From positions 71,057 through 95,056 of the forward strand of contig CALHAG010000009.1 of assembly GCA_937934305.1 (NCBI GenBank): a stretch of 24,000 nt of DNA, in the 5' to 3' direction. The notes beneath the pieces are model-generated. The model did no database searches. It was not told where the DNA came from and saw only the letters and a program-made list of their open reading frames with translations. Shown in pieces: positions 23,293 through 24,000 of this stretch (position 1 is its first letter; each line of letters begins with the position of its first letter). Position numbers and translations under genes: made by a program. This DNA is from Candidatus Caldarchaeum subterraneum. Lineage in GTDB: Archaea > Thermoproteota > Nitrososphaeria_A > Caldarchaeales > Caldarchaeaceae.

Positions 23293-24000
23293 GTTTTCCC
23301 AGCCTCATCACTTTGGTAAAGCCAACACCGGACCCCGACTCCGTCTTGGACAAAGCACGGCGGCTCCTCTGTTACGCATTTCTCGAAGACGCGGTGGCAG
23401 CGGGGATGGAATCTGCATCCCGTCGGCGGGTCTGTGAGGCTGGGAGGCGCGCCGGGTATGTAGTCGAGTGTCCTAGGGCCTTTCAGCCTCGGCGTGGAGC
23501 TGAGAAGCTTAGAGGAATATGGATGAAGAGGTGTGCATAGAATCTTCTCCGATGGACCCAGCTCCACAACCTTTCCAGCATACATCACCGCAATCTCATC
23601 CGCGATGTCGCTTACGAGAGCTAAATCGTGTGTGATAAATATCATCGAGAGGCCGTGCTCTCTTTTCAAGCGTTTGAGCATGTTCATAATCTGGGTTTGG
23701 ATGGAGACATCCAGAGCAGATGTAGGCTCGTCGAGGATTATTAGCTTGGGCTGCATTATCAACGCCATCGCCACCAGAGCTCTTTGCTTCATCCCCCCGC
23801 TCAGCTCATGAGGGTATCTATCAACGTACTCGGGAGGTAGGCCCACTTGTCTGAAGACTTGCCTCGCTCTGTTGAGGGCCTCTGCCTTAGAAACACCCTC
23901 TTTAACCATCAGGGGCTCCGCAACCTGCAGCCCAACCCTCAAAACAGGGTTGAAGCTGTTCATCGCCCCCTGAAAAACCATCGAAATCTTTCTCCACTGA
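23289..24000 (-). CDS. Peptide/nickel-type ABC transporter ATP-binding protein, DppD/OppD-like, 5'-truncated by window edge
   Basis: The visible part starts near the Q-loop (MVFQGAMNSFNPV) and has LSGGMKQRALVAMAL, LIILDEPTSALD and the C-terminal RFHPRCHRVFEKC motif. Walker A lies beyond position 24000. Confidence 0.92.
   Translation of the reverse strand, partial: QWRKISMVFQGAMNSFNPVLRVGLQVAEPLMVKEGVSKAEALNRARQVFRQVGLPPEYVDRYPHELSGGMKQRALVAMALIMQPKLIILDEPTSALDVSIQTQIMNMLKRLKREHGLSMIFITHDLALVSDIADEIAVMYAGKVVELGPSEKILCTPLHPYSSKLLSSTPRLKGPRTLDYIPGAPPSLTDPPTGCRFHPRCHRVFEKCVTEEPPCFVQDGVGVRCWLYQSDEAGKT

Noticed and set aside
1-24000. Mobile elements, CRISPR array, toxin-antitoxin or defence islands
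   Set aside because: I saw no transposase or integrase motifs, terminal inverted repeats, regularly spaced direct repeats or nuclease/defence signatures in any frame.

Overview
The window is a compact, almost fully coding archaeal chromosome segment. TATA-like boxes sit about 27 nt upstream of many starts, GTG and TTG starts are common, and convergent stop codons overlap. Gene content suggests a thermophilic Thaumarchaeota/Aigarchaeota-like lineage, but that placement is inference only. The left and middle parts hold housekeeping and metabolic genes: CBS proteins, an aldehyde:ferredoxin oxidoreductase, an aldo/keto reductase, Hsp20, a PAC2-family protein, an acetyl-CoA synthetase-like ligase, a 5-FTHF cyclo-ligase-like protein, a bifunctional PGI/PMI, a CinA-like protein, a phosphoesterase and a D-2-hydroxyacid dehydrogenase. 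There are two RNA genes. One is a convincing RNase P RNA on the minus strand at ~4187-4482. The other is an intron-containing tRNA-Ser at 13508-13614. The right part (14.1-24 kb) holds a split Dpp/Opp-type ABC transporter intermixed with membrane-anchored surface proteins. The most interesting observation is in the 838-aa substrate-binding protein at 18050-20566. Its SBP family-5 motifs appear in circularly permuted order, and its start codon overlaps the stop of a membrane-anchored Asp-box (BNR/sialidase-like) beta-propeller gene. I found no CRISPR array, transposon or defence system.
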